In this document: in pieces, positions 27,486 to 39,785 of the stretch
Layout: every line of letters starts with the position of its first letter
How positions within the stretch are numbered: position 1 is the stretch's first letter
Origin: Moniliella sp. 'wahieum'
Taxonomy: Eukaryota
DNA length: 64,000 bases
Direction: 5' to 3'
NCBI GenBank assembly: GCA_003971905.1
Contig: RSEE01000118.1
Coordinates: forward strand, 62,001 to 126,000
Translations under genes and position numbers: made by a program
Notes under the pieces: generated by a model
Told to the model about the DNA's origin: nothing
The model's input: the letters and a program-made list of their open reading frames with translations, nothing else
The model's database searches: none

Positions 27486-28098
27486 TTAAATGACCGAAAG
27501 CGAGCCAAACTTCTCGTAGTACCCGGGGACGCCCCACTTGCCGTTCTTGACCATCTCGGCGACGGTGGCCTGGATTTCGGGCTTGGCATTGATCACGTCC
27601 GTCGTGGTCAGCTGGTCGGCCGGGCGGGCCTGGGCAATGTTGTCGAGCGTGGCCTTGAGGGAGACCAGTTCGCTGTCGACCTTCTTTGCCGACGCTTCGG
27701 CCTGCTCCACTGCCTTGGCCTCAAAGGCCTCGATGGCCTTGACCTGCGACGACACGTCGTACGTCACCGGCTGGAACTTGGCCACCAGGCCTTCCAGCTC
27801 ATCCACCACCTTGGCGTTCTGGAAACAAGCCAGACCACCGCATGTCAGACACGGGGACACGTTCGTCGAGCAGTGCGCACCGGGGGGTCTAGAGCAGGGG
27901 AGAAGGACGAACCTTGAGGACGCTGCGGTAGTGGGCAAAGTCGACGGTCGTCGGCTCGGCCTGGAGGGAGACAAGGTGCTTCTTGGCGTCGTCGGCGCGC
28001 TTCTTGAACGCGGCCAGGCCCGACACGGTCTCGGGGCCGAGGGCGAGCTGGGAGTAGACCTTGGCAAAGTCGACGGCGACGCGGCGGGTGGGCAGCAT
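27486..28098 (-). CDS. ATP7: Mitochondrial ATP synthase subunit d
   Basis: VDFAKV..LAAFKKRADD..TTVDFAHYRSVLK|NAKVVDE..TYDVSSQVKAIEAFE..LDNIAQARP..GKWGVPGYYEKFGSL. One intron at about 27819-27912. Confidence 0.95.
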
Positions 28099-28538
28099 GG
28101 CGGAGGGCGCGGGTGGTGGGCAGCGGCCTCGGGCAGCCACGGAGCAGCGGCGTAGCAGCACCCGACGCAGCAGCAGCATAGCAGCATCGCAGCACCCGCC
28201 GCCGCCAGCGTGCAGCGCCTGCATCCCGCACCGCGCCAGTGTTGTGCGCGGGCGAAGAAGGCGAGGCACGGCGAGGCTAGGGTTGCTGGCCTGCGTTCTT
28301 CGTAATGCACAATGCGCTGCTGCTTACGTCAGGGCACCCCCCGGTCATGTGACCGGGGCGAGCGCTGGGAGGCGCTCCTCCATCCGGGTGGAGTACTGGG
28401 TGGGTGGCTGAATACAACTCAGCTGGCGGCTGAGCCTCAGCGCAGCCCAGTGCGCTCAGCCTCAGCCGAGCGCCGCCCAGCGCCGCCTCAGCACGCGCCG
28501 CCGCACCCATGTAGGTGCGTCTGCCGCCACCAGCTGCC

Positions 28539-30159
28539 ATGCCTCCCCCGCGCGCCCCGGCCGCCTTCCTCGCGCCCCGTGCGCGCCGCCCCGACACCGA
28601 CGCCGACGACTCTGATGCCCCCTCCGACTCGGCATACAGCCGCGTCAGTCTCCACACGCTCCGCCGCCCGTCCCTGCGCACCTCGGCCCCCCACCAGCTC
28701 GCCGGGGGAGCTGGAGGCCGAGCCCGATGCGGCGGCCGTGGCCGATACGAGTGTGGCAGGCGTTACCTACCGTGGCTTTACCGAGCGCTCTGATCATTTG
28801 GCCCTGCCGCCCCGGCGGCAAGGTCGTCTGGCGCGTCTGCGCCAGCATGTACGGCATTGGATCGAAGGCCCGCCGCCGTCGGACCCAGATCGTCTTCTCG
28901 ACCCGGCCTACAAGCCGCTCACCGCGGCCGAGCGTCGGCGTGTGCTCGTCTCGGTCGCAACCAAGGTGACTCTCATCTTCACAGCCTCGGTCGTGGTGCT
29001 TGGCCTGACGCTGTACTGGAGTTTGCCCCGGGTGGACCCGGAGGACAAGGAAGCTTTCCGCTTGCCTCGCTCGTTTGACCAACTCAAGGCACTCAACACG
29101 CTGCTCAAACGGTACAAGGACCGATACAATGCGCGCCTGCTCCTCTCCTGGCTTGCCATCTACTTTTTTCTCCAGACCTTTGCTGTGCCTGGAAGCATGT
29201 ACATGTCCATCATTTGCGGCGCGGTCTGGGGCACCAAAGTGGCGTATCCCCTTGTTGTTTGTGTACGTTTCTGATTCCCTTGCTTGGCTGTGCCTGGCTT
29301 TGGGTTGCCTGGCTCGACCCTCGTCTCATTACCTTTTTTTGGCCTTGCTGACGTTCTCTCCCTGACCCTTCCCTACCCCGCCCCGCTCTGGTCAGACCAT
29401 CGCAACGGGTGCATCTCTGGCGTACCTGCTGAGCAAGCCAATGGGGGAACTACTGCGTGTGCTTCCCAACTGGAAGCGGCGTGTGGACAGCTGGAAAGTG
29501 CGAATCAACCAAGAATCGAATCTGATCAGTTACTTGGTCGTGGTGCGCATGGCGCCCGTTCCGCCCCACAGTGTGATCAATGTGCTCGCCCCGCACTTGG
29601 GCATCAGTCTGCCCACCTTTTGGATTTCCACTGCGCTGGGGATTGCGGCCGTGTCGTTTATCCATGTGACGATTGGCCAAAAGTTGGACGAGATGGCAAG
29701 TCCAGACGAGTTCAACCTCTTCTCGCTCCACAACGCCTCATCTTGGGCGGCATGATCCTCGCCGCTCTGGTGCCTGTGGCCATTCGCAAGTTCTCTACCG
29801 CCCCGCCGCTCGAGGATGCGCCTGGTCCCGAGGGCCAAATTGCTCTGCCGGACCAGGAGGCGGACGGTCCCGTGCGCCCAAGCGGGCGTCGCACAATCAA
29901 GGTGCTGGAGTGGAGGATGTGTCGGACGATGAGTTACCGGGGCTCGGGCTCGAGTCGAGTGCGCTCGGGTCACGTACAGGCACCCGTGCTGCTCCCGCCT
30001 TGGTTCCTCGGCCCCGCGTCGCTGCTCCCTCACGAGATGGACGCGGATATCGTGCTCAATCCGTTCGACTCGGAGGAAGAGGAGGAGGAGGAGGACACGC
30101 GTGAATTGGAGGTGGATCCGTCGGTTTGGACGGACACGCGGCGTTCGGGACCGCTGTGA
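28539..30159 (+). CDS. VTT/DedA-family membrane protein (TMEM41/Tvp38-like, SNARE-associated Golgi protein)
   Basis: FRLPRSFDQLKALN, YFFLQTFAVPGSMYMSIICGAVWG, YLVVVRMAPVPPHSVINVLAPHLGI. 3' end approximate. Confidence 0.85.
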
Positions 30160-30750
30160 GCGCAGGGTCCGAACGTACTCGTCGCGTACTTCGGGGTTTT
30201 CATGCTTACTGGTCGGGCTGTGGTTGTTACCTTTTGTCGTCTTTTTCATACATTTGGGCTGTGGCTAATTATCGATTAATCCTGTTTGATGGTGTGTGTA
30301 CCTGTGTCTGTTTGCTGTAGCACATATATCTGTGGTGGGACGCGTGGGACAGTCGGGGCTCGAGCGCGGTTCCAAGGCAATGCAATCGTTGTCGTTCAAG
30401 AAAGCGAACGCTCCGCAAGCAAATCAGCTGTGAGAGGTAAGGGTGGGTGATTTGACAGCCGAATCAGCAGACCAAAAGCCAGCTCTGATCCGGGCAGGGC
30501 ACATCAAGCATGTGGCAATCCAACAAGAATCCGAGCTAGTAACAATTCAGGAGGAAATGGCGGAGAGTCAATGCCTCCGACGAGGCAAGGATCGTTCAGG
30601 GGGGGGGGGCAGTGCGCACCTCCCTGACGAGCAAAAGACAGGACCGAGGGCGAACAGGACCAAAGTAAGGTGAAACGCGCAGGGCACAGTCCCAACAGAT
30701 ACAGCCCGGCCAGCGGGGGGCATCCCACTCTTCTCTAGCCAGCTAGAGGG

Positions 30751-32081
30751 TTAGATGGAGAAGGAGGAAGGCGGGTGGGGGTGGAGGGTGGGGTGGGGGG
30801 GGGGTTGAATGCTTAGTAGACCAGTCCGGCACGGACACCGAGACGCTGGACCATCTTGCGTCCGGCCAAACGCTTGCTCACCGTACGGGGACGATCCGGG
30901 AAGCAAGACTGGGTAGGAGAGGGCGAGCGCTCGTCGTCGGTCTCCATTTCCTCCTGAAACACAGGGGAGGAAGGAAGTGCTGGATCCCAGTGGAGCGAAC
31001 CACAATCCTCCTCCTGGGTTGGAGGGTTGTGGCCGTGGGCGGGGCAAGACTTGGGCCAAACTAAGGTCGATGTCCATCTCGTCCTCAAATGCCTCCCCTT
31101 GAACCGGTCAAAGGGGGCAGTGGGGGGCAGAGAGCTCGTCGGGGCATGGGGCTCGTGCTGCTGGACATGCACGCTTGCATTGTTCTCACCGCCGCAGCCC
31201 TGCGTCGGAGGGGTGATGAGAACGGTGGGGATGGGCAATTCGGTGGCACATCCCTGGACCGACCGCGGCGTGTCCGGCGGCGAACAGGACTCTCTGACCA
31301 TGCCCATGCCCACCTCCAGCTCCAACTCCAGGCCCAGCCCTAGGCCCACGCGGGAGGCTCCACACTGTCCGGGGGGGTGACAATGATCTGCGGCGGACCA
31401 AGGGGGGCGTCCTGGCCCGGCTCGTACGCGGACTGGAGCCTGAGTGGGACGAGCTACTAAGGCGGCGCTGGACAGCACGGCGCATGGCAAGTGACACGCG
31501 CGACGGCGTGCCGGGCGGGGAGAGGCGGTGGGAAAGGGTACAGACGAGGGGAGAGGTAGAGGGACCGGGATGATGGAATGCACGACCGTCGATAGCCGCC
31601 TGACGCGGCTGGCTCGAGGGCGCAGGGAGCGGAGGGGTCACGGTAGGGCCAGTGCGTCCAAGCGGGGCGGGGCCCACGATGTGGTCCCAGTCCCAGCACT
31701 CGATCAGCGGACTGCTGCTGGCGTCCGAGGCAGCCATCCAAGCAGGGGTGGGGTCGATGCGGAAGGTGGTAACGCGCGGCGGATGAGACACGTGAGTAAG
31801 GGTGCCGGGCGCGACGGACTCGATGGGCACCGGGAACTCTTCGCCATAGGTTTGGTGCCAACAGCGGGGTGGACACCGACCGCAGCAAAGTCGCGGAGGG
31901 AGCCGAGAGATGTGCACGGCGAGCTGGTCGCGCTTTCCACCTCGTCATCGCTCGTGTCCACTAGGGCTGGGACAGGGGCGGTGTCGAGGTCCAAATCACA
32001 GCCGACTCCGTGTCGCGGGGGAGGCAACACCAGCGCAGACCAGGCCAGCTGGATGGAGCAGAGAGGAGGCAAGGCAGACAT
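30751..32081 (-). CDS. Hypothetical low-complexity protein
   Basis: Chain of Ser/Pro-rich protein-like segments (PALVDTSDDEVESATSSP, IPTVLITPPT, EEMETDDERSPSP). No family recognised. Confidence 0.35.
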
Positions 32082-33427
32082 GTGGAAAAGAAAAGGACGG
32101 ATGGCAGGGGGCTAAAACGGGGCAGAACAGGGAGATGGGAGGTGAGCTGGGCAGGCCACGCGGAAATGGGAGGTGTCCATGGTCAGCCGTGCTCTCAGCA
32201 GAACACCGTCACGCTTACCGGCCATTCACATACGTACCGACGGAACAGAGGGCAGTGGGACAAACAGAGGGCGGCCAGCCGCAGAAGACGAAGAGAATGT
32301 GCGGGAGAGGGGGCGAGGGAGGAGGAGGGGGGCAGATAGGTAGGAGGGAGCGAAGGGAGAGAAGAGGTAGAAGGGAGAGAGGAGGTGGAAGGTGGGGGTG
32401 GCGAAACAGTACCACTGAGGCTGGAAGCTTAAGCGCCCAGAGCAGCCCATAGCCCCACGACCCTGATCAGGTCACTAGCAGGGGGCAGCAGTACAGTGAC
32501 TGGTGATCTGACTAGACTAGCCTCGTGGCTCGTCCTGCGGTGAGCCCTGCAACGCTCCACCAGTGCTGCGTGGCTTTGCGTGGCGGACCCGAGCGGCGCG
32601 ACTGGCGCCGTGCGAGCGCAACGCGCCACTGCGGCCGTGCCTGGGGCTGCTCCACGTGCAGCGCTGCCCGCCGCCGATCCTTCCTGGCACGGAAGGAGGG
32701 GGGCAGTGTGGCCCTGCGCTGCCATGCCGGCGGTGGGGACGGTGGAAGGCACCGCGCCAGTCCCCGGGCGCTGCGCCAGGGCACTGCGCTCCTGTGCCCC
32801 GCTGCTCTCGGCTCGCTCTGGGCAACTGTGCAGGATCAGCGGCCATCGGTCATCGATCCGATCCCAGAGACCTCCTTATTGGGCCTTGCCTCTTCGTACG
32901 TTCATACGCTCACACACCACAGAGCAGTCTTTCCATCAGCAACGTGCCACGCTCCTCCCGGCCTCTCCATTGTCGCTCCCACACGAGCGAGGCAGCTCGA
33001 GCACGTTGACCGTTGAGGCTTGACGCGTTGACGCGTTGATGCTCAACGGTGCACACGTTAAGACTCAATATACACGCTGCAATCGTGAAGCTTTTTGAAC
33101 TGGCTTGAAGCTTGAAGCTTGAATGGCACTGCTCCATAATAGCTTACCAATGGTGTAGCAATCAGTTGCACTCAGGGGTTGGACACCTTAAGACAAAGGC
33201 CCTACCCCTATCTGACTAGCCCTGCGAGCTCTCCACCGTCACTACAGCCGCCCTAGAGACACTGGGACGCTCACCACGCCGCTGGCCCACCGTGAAGCCA
33301 ACCCCCTACTCCCCTCTCGGCCCAGGACACTAACACCAAGCAGACCATGTGATATTGCCAATATATACGCAGGTGCTCACGAGTACATGTGCTTGTGCCC
33401 AACACGCTGGGAGCTACGCGCTCGGGG

Positions 33428-35454
33428 TTACCGTGCCGGGGGCGTGCCGGCAGGCTTGATAAACCGTTCGATCGCGTTGGGTGCATCGGCCTCGGCGGTC
33501 GCTGCACCTCCGACTCGAGCAGCATCACTCCTCCGGGTGCGGGGGCTTAAACGAAGCGCGCTGCCGCGCAATCTGGTATCCAAGTGGCCCGCCGCCGCAG
33601 CCACGAGACCAAGGAAAGGCGGCGACGGGTTGAGCGGCGGGGAAACAAGTTCGCGGCCGGGAAACAAGTTGGGTGGGCCTGCAAGCCAACGTAGTAAGGA
33701 TGGTCCCTCATCTCGGCGATTTGCATCCGTTCCCCGCGCTCATCCTTGCCAACAAACACAAACTTTCGGCTGTGGTGGACCTGTCGAGGCGGCGGACCCG
33801 AAAGGAAAGCTCTCCCATCGGGTACGATGGTTGGCGCGTCGGCGCGCCCGCGGTGCTAGGAACACATCCTCCGCACCGGCGCCAGAACCCTTCTCCAGCT
33901 GCTCCACTTGGCTGGGTTGATCTCGTAGCGGTGGCGGTGGCGTTCCAGACAACTGGCTGGTCGCCATAGAGCTGGCGGATCTTGGACCATTCACACCCTT
34001 CCTGGAAGATGGTCGGGCGAAGGCCCAAGCGCATCGTCCCGCCCAAGTGGGTCTTGCTGATCTCTGGCATGTAAACTACCACGGGTTCGGGTGTGTTGGG
34101 CTCCAGCTCGGCCGAGTTGGCATCGGCCATGCCGCACACATTTCGTGCATACTCCACCACGGCGATCTGGAAACCGAGGCAAATGCCGAGGAAAGGCACC
34201 TGCTTCTCTCGCGCCCACTCGGCCGCAGCAATCATGCCTTCCGTACCACGCTTGCCAAACCCACCCGGGACGAGGATCCCGCGCGCAGAGCAAACCGAGT
34301 GCCAGGCCTCATGGTAGCGCACCGGATTGTCATTCTGCGTTTCTGGTTCCAAGTCCGTCGACTCGACCCAAGTGAGCTTAAGCGTGCGCCCGACGCGCAT
34401 CGCCGCGTGCTCCAAGGCCTTGACGACCGACATGTACGAATCGTGCAACGACGTGTACTTGCCCACCAGCACTATCTCCACTGGCTCAATCGCCCGGTCG
34501 ACCGAGATGGTGAGTTCCTTCTACTTTTGGCGCAACGCCGCATGGCTGGCGGGAGCGAGCCGAGGTTGAGCTGCAGACGTTTCTCAAAGTACTTGACCAT
34601 GCCCTGGTGCTGCAACAGGAGCGGGACATGGTACGTCGAGCTCACATCGTGCACGCCCAGCACCTGTTCGGGACCGACGTGGCAGAACATGGAGAGTTTA
34701 TTGATCACGCCCCGGTCGAGCGGACGCGCACAGCGCGCTGCAATCATCTCGGGTACAAGACCCAAGCCGCGCAAATCACGAATCGCAGCCTGGGTCGGCT
34801 TGGTCTTTTGCTCCCCGCCTATCACGGGAACGAGCGAGACGTGGATCAAGGCAAAGTTCTCATGACCGACACGGAACTGGAACTGGCGCAGTGCCTCCAC
34901 AAACGGAGCCGACTCAATGTCCCCGACCGTGCCACCCAACTCAATAATGCACACATCCGGTTCCTCGCCCGTATCGTCCACGGGCCAGCGCGCCACGCGT
35001 TCAATTCATCTGGATCGCGTCCGTCAAGTGAGGCACAATCTGCACCGTCTTGCCCAGATAATCTCCACGGCGCTCCTTCTCAATCACCTGGCTGTAGATC
35101 TTGCCCGTGGTGATATTGTTGTCCAGACGGAGCGTAACGTCGAGGTAGCGCTCGTAGTTGCCCAGGTCCAGGTCGGCCTCGCCGCCATCGTTCAGCACAA
35201 ATACCTCCCCGTGCTCCGTGGGGGCCATGGTACCGGCATCTATGTTCATGTACGGGTCGATCTTGATCGCAGTCACCTTGAGCCCTGGGCCTTAAGCAGC
35301 AGGCCGGTCGACGAGGCTGCGAGTAAGGGGAGGGGGTTAGCAAGCGTAGCAGGCGGGGGGAAGGGAGCGGCCCAGCGGGTAACAATAATAACGCACCAAT
35401 CACGCCCTTGCCGATGCCCGAGATGACGCCGCCAGAGACACAGATGTACTTCAT
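33428..35454 (-). CDS. URA7: CTP synthase
   Basis: [71 protein letters not shown], GATase [17 protein letters not shown]. Confidence 0.97.
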
Positions 35455-35761
35455 GGCTGGGCACTGGAGTGCTGGAGGATGGCGCGCACGGCGAGAAGGA
35501 GGAGGCGCAGATGACCGTCTGTTAGCGCGCCGTCGCTCGTTGTGGAGGTGCGTCCGTGCGCGTGGGGTGTGCGGGGGGCGCCGACACCAAATCACGGCAG
35601 GCTTGTGGGCACAAAAAAGTGGGGGGCGCGGCGGAACCAGTATGAGCCCACCGGCGCCGGCACCGCGGAATTCGCGCGCGTCGGGCGAAATGTTCAGGGG
35701 AGAAGGACGCGTCGCGTTCAGCCCCCCACAGGGGTGGGCCCAGCCACCGCCCCACTTCACC

Positions 35762-36951
35762 ATGGCCCGTGGACACCGTACCATCATCCCCGACGACGAG
35801 GACGACCAGCAGGGCGAAATCCCCTCCCAGTCCCAGGCATACAGCCGCCGCGCAGGCAAGCGCTACCGCCGTGCGACCCAGGACCCAGCCGAGCTGACCC
35901 AAACCATCGACCTGGACGAGGACGAGGACGAGGACGCTGCGCCCGCGTCCCCGCAGCGCCGCCACCGCACCGCCCTGCTGCGGATGCCGTCGACGATGAT
36001 GGCACGGGCGAATTCCTGCAGCGCTTTACCCAGCGCCTCGAGGAGGAGGAGGAGGAAGAGGAGGACGATCCTGATGAGGATGCGAATTGGGTTGCATGGC
36101 AGAGACGGTCGGAAGAGCCGAGCAAGCTGGATGAAGCAGCGGTGGAGGTGGTACTGGGTGAGCAGGCGAGCCAGTGGGAAAAAGTACGGTCGTTTGTCGT
36201 GAAGAGCAGTCGTCTCTTGGGCAACACGTCTGCCTATTCCGAGGAACAGGCTCGTGCCCAGGGGCAGAGCGAGTCGCGGCACTACCAAGCTGGATGACTA
36301 TGCCCGTCAATTGTCCGACGTGACGAGCAGGTCGAAGCAACGCATGCGCGCGCTCGATCGCTTGCGCACCATGACCGCCGCCGGGGACCCTATTGAAAAC
36401 TTGGCACAGACCTTCCGCGCCGCTACTGCCGAACTGGACCGCAAGTACGAGGCACTAACCCGCGCCAAAAGTACGCGGCTGAGGACAACGACGTCTACTT
36501 GTACTTCCGTACGCTGTTTGGGTACGTTGCTTGTTGCTCCTTAGATGGCAAGGGTAGTACTAACTTCGAAGCGCAACAGGACGCGAGCCATTTGGGAGAC
36601 GGAACCGATGCCAGCGCTCAAAGAACTGTTTCCGGCCGAGCAAGGCGATGGGAACGACTCGGACGATGACTTGCAAATGGGCGGGGTGGTGGTCTCGTTC
36701 AAATGCCCTCTGACCCAGACTACTTTTCCCGTCCGGTCAAGAACCCGGCTTGCCAACACATCTACAGCCGCGACGCCATTGTCCAGCACCTGGCCAACCG
36801 TGCTGCCCGTTGCCCCGTCTCGGGCTGCACGGGGACTCTTCGCGCAGCCGACTTGGTCAGTGATGAGTTGATGGCACGTCGTACTGCCATGCATGTACGC
36901 CGCCTCAAGATGGGCAACTCGGCCACGTCGGCGGCAGAGGTGATTGATTAG
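35762..36951 (+). CDS. NSE2: SP-RING SUMO E3 ligase of the Smc5/6 complex (Nse2/Mms21)
   Basis: DDDLQMGG...FKCPLT..PVKNPACQHIYSRDAI...RCPVSGC, preceded by coiled-coil-like segments. Confidence 0.85.
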
Positions 36952-37776
36952 TCCAATCTGTTATACCCTAGCGGAAGCTGTGCGATTGTGGCGGTGGTCT
37001 TAGTTCCTACTTGGACAGGTTGCATGATATATACCTTGAGACAGGGCAATAGCTTAGTTGGCAAGGGACGTTGACGGGATGGTTTTGCAGTATCACACCT
37101 CGGTTCTCGTCACTTGCGCTTGCGCTTGCGAGTCCAGATGACAACTAACAACAGCAGAGAGAGTGGTTGTGGATCACCTGGTTCATTACGGGGAGGCATG
37201 GGGCTGGGGCTGGGAGGCTGGCAGATAATACTGGAAAGTTTATGCTGCTCTTGCCGCAACAATGCAAGACAATCTCGTTGGGAAGTATGGCCGGGGGACA
37301 GCAGCAGGGCTAGGGGGAGAAAGGAGACCCATATTGGATTGGATGCAGGCCAAGGCGTGCTGCATGTACCGACATTCTCATCTGCGCCTACGGCAAAGGC
37401 CAAGTTGAGCGCGGTGAGGGTGAATATAAAAAACTTGACTTCACCTCAGATCTGAGCCTCAGACCTCATCGATGGGATGATGCTCTGGGATACAACCGCA
37501 TGTGCTACAATTTGTACCCATCCCAGTACAACAGCTCACGGGAGTGCTCAGGGATGGCCCATGCGGACAAGAACGTGGTGCTCGTAGCGAGAAGTAGTGG
37601 TTACAAATAGAGAGGTCAAAAGTCGGTAGTCAATGGAAGGAAGATACAGAGACATTTTGGTACCGAGGCACAAACCTCTTTGGGGAGGTGGGGGAGGGGG
37701 GACACAAAGCTGAACACCAGTGCAGGGAAACAATTGGGAGCAGTGTGCGCCAAGGGAGGCGTGAAGCGAATGCAAC

Positions 37777-38916
37777 TCAGACGGAAAACCCAAGCAACAC
37801 ATTGTCAATCAGTCGGGTCGGCCTCGAGCTGGTTGGCCATCAGGCAAGCATCGGCAATGTTGATCGCGCCCGAAAAGATAGCACTGGAAGGCGCGTCATG
37901 GGGGCCAAGTTGGACAAACGTGGAAGGGTCGTTGAGGGTGAGGTAGTCCAGTTCAAGATAAACGCCGTCTTGGTGCGCGCGATGAGCCTCGGCAGCTAGG
38001 GTGGAATGAGCGGCATCGAGCGCGCGCGCAACACGGTCCGATGGGTCCGAGGTGGCTTCCCACGCGTACTGGCCGCACACAACGCGTGGTAGAGGGCATA
38101 GCATGGAATTCACGCACTTTCGGGGAAAGGTAGGTGTTACGACTGCTGAGGGCAAGACCGGTGGTGGGGTCGCGTGCGATGGGCATGATGACCAAATGGT
38201 CGGCCGAAGGAGGGTAAGAGAACCGGAGGTCGGACACGAGACGGCGCAGGATGAGGGCTTGTTGAATATCCTTTTGGCCAAAGTACGTGTGGTCTGGCTG
38301 GACAATGTGAAAGAGCTTGGTGACAACGGTAGCCACGCCACGGAAAAAAGTAGGTCGACGCCCCCTCCATCTGCTCGCTCAGACCTTTGACCTCAACGAA
38401 ACGCCCCACCTGATCGGCAACGGTCTGGGTGAACCCATTAGGGTACATTTCCGACACCGCGGGGCAAAGATGCGAGCCACGCGGCGTGGCGAAGCGGGTG
38501 GCTGAGGGGTGGGGTCATCCTCGCTGCCAGGGGAACGGAGGAGTGAAGTGAAGCCAAAGCGGCAGCATCGGCAGGCAGGGTGCGCGGGTAAGCAGCCAAG
38601 TCCTCATGGGGGGCAAACTGGGCGGGATTGACAAAGACCGATACGATGGTCTCGTCATTCTGATCCAAGCTGCGCTGAACCAAACTCAAGTGGCCAGCGT
38701 GGAGTGCACCCATGGTAGCCACAAACCCCACCGAGCGACCAGCGCGCAGCGCGGCGCGGTGCCATTGGCGCACCCCGTCAACCGTGTGGAGAACCTCGAT
38801 CCCGCTCTCAATCGACGTTGAAGGGGCAGACTGACCGAGATGTCAGTCGCCGCCTTGGACGGTCGGCGAGGGGGCACGGGGTGCGAAGCAGGAGCGGCAG
38901 TGGTGGTGGAAGGCAT
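37777..38916 (-). CDS. PAN6: Pantoate-beta-alanine ligase
   Basis: [67 protein letters not shown], terminal [12 protein letters not shown]. Confidence 0.95.
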
Positions 38917-39785
38917 AGCGGTGGAAGAAGAGGAGGGGGCAGGCGTAACAGTGGCGAGAGCGGGCAGGGGTGGGGGTGGTGAGGGGAGATGTGAGCGCGA
39001 GATGTGTGGTGGCGGGGGACAGGCGTGGGCGGAGAGAAAAGGCCATGAACGCCACCGAGAAGGGAGACGCGCTGGTTGGCGAGATGGGGAGATGGATCTG
39101 TTGGGCTGGGGCGAAGAAAAATTAAATCCGGGCTGTCGTGTCACGCGCTCTTATTAGGTCGTGATCACCAAGGGATCGATGATCTCGATCACATGGTCGC
39201 GCGGTGGCGGGCAGACTGACAGCACGCCACGCTTTTCATTCTCAGCCACCTTGTGGTGTGCTGCTGCTGTGCTGCTTGCCGGCGAAGACACAGGCGGACC
39301 CGCACTGCCGCCCACACCCACCTGCGCCACGAGTCAAAAAACCCAGGGTTGCCGGTGCCGGTTACGGCCGTCAAAAGCGTTGGGCCTCCATGCTTGATTC
39401 AGAGGAGGACCAGTCGGTGCTATGGCACAAATGAAGCCGTGTGGCTGATTAAGCTCCTGGAGCCCGAAGACAGACAGCTGGAATACACCTCGGGGCTGGG
39501 CCGTGAAAAAAAGCCGGGCCCCATCCGGGCCGATGCGGAGCCGAGTGGCTGAAGAAGAAAAAAAAAAACAGAAACTGCACCCTACCCCGGCGCGGTGTGA
39601 AAGTTGAAATTAGCCACACCGGCAGTTGTTCCGCGGCGGGCGGAAGAAGAGGGCACTTGCACCGGATATTTTTGGGAAGCGAAGCTCTTCGCCCAAAGTA
39701 TGTCGGCCGGCCAGCTGCTCTCGGGAGCGCCGCTCTGCGCCGGCCGCCTCCTGTCTGCCTCCTCCCTGGCCACACTGGAGCGACG

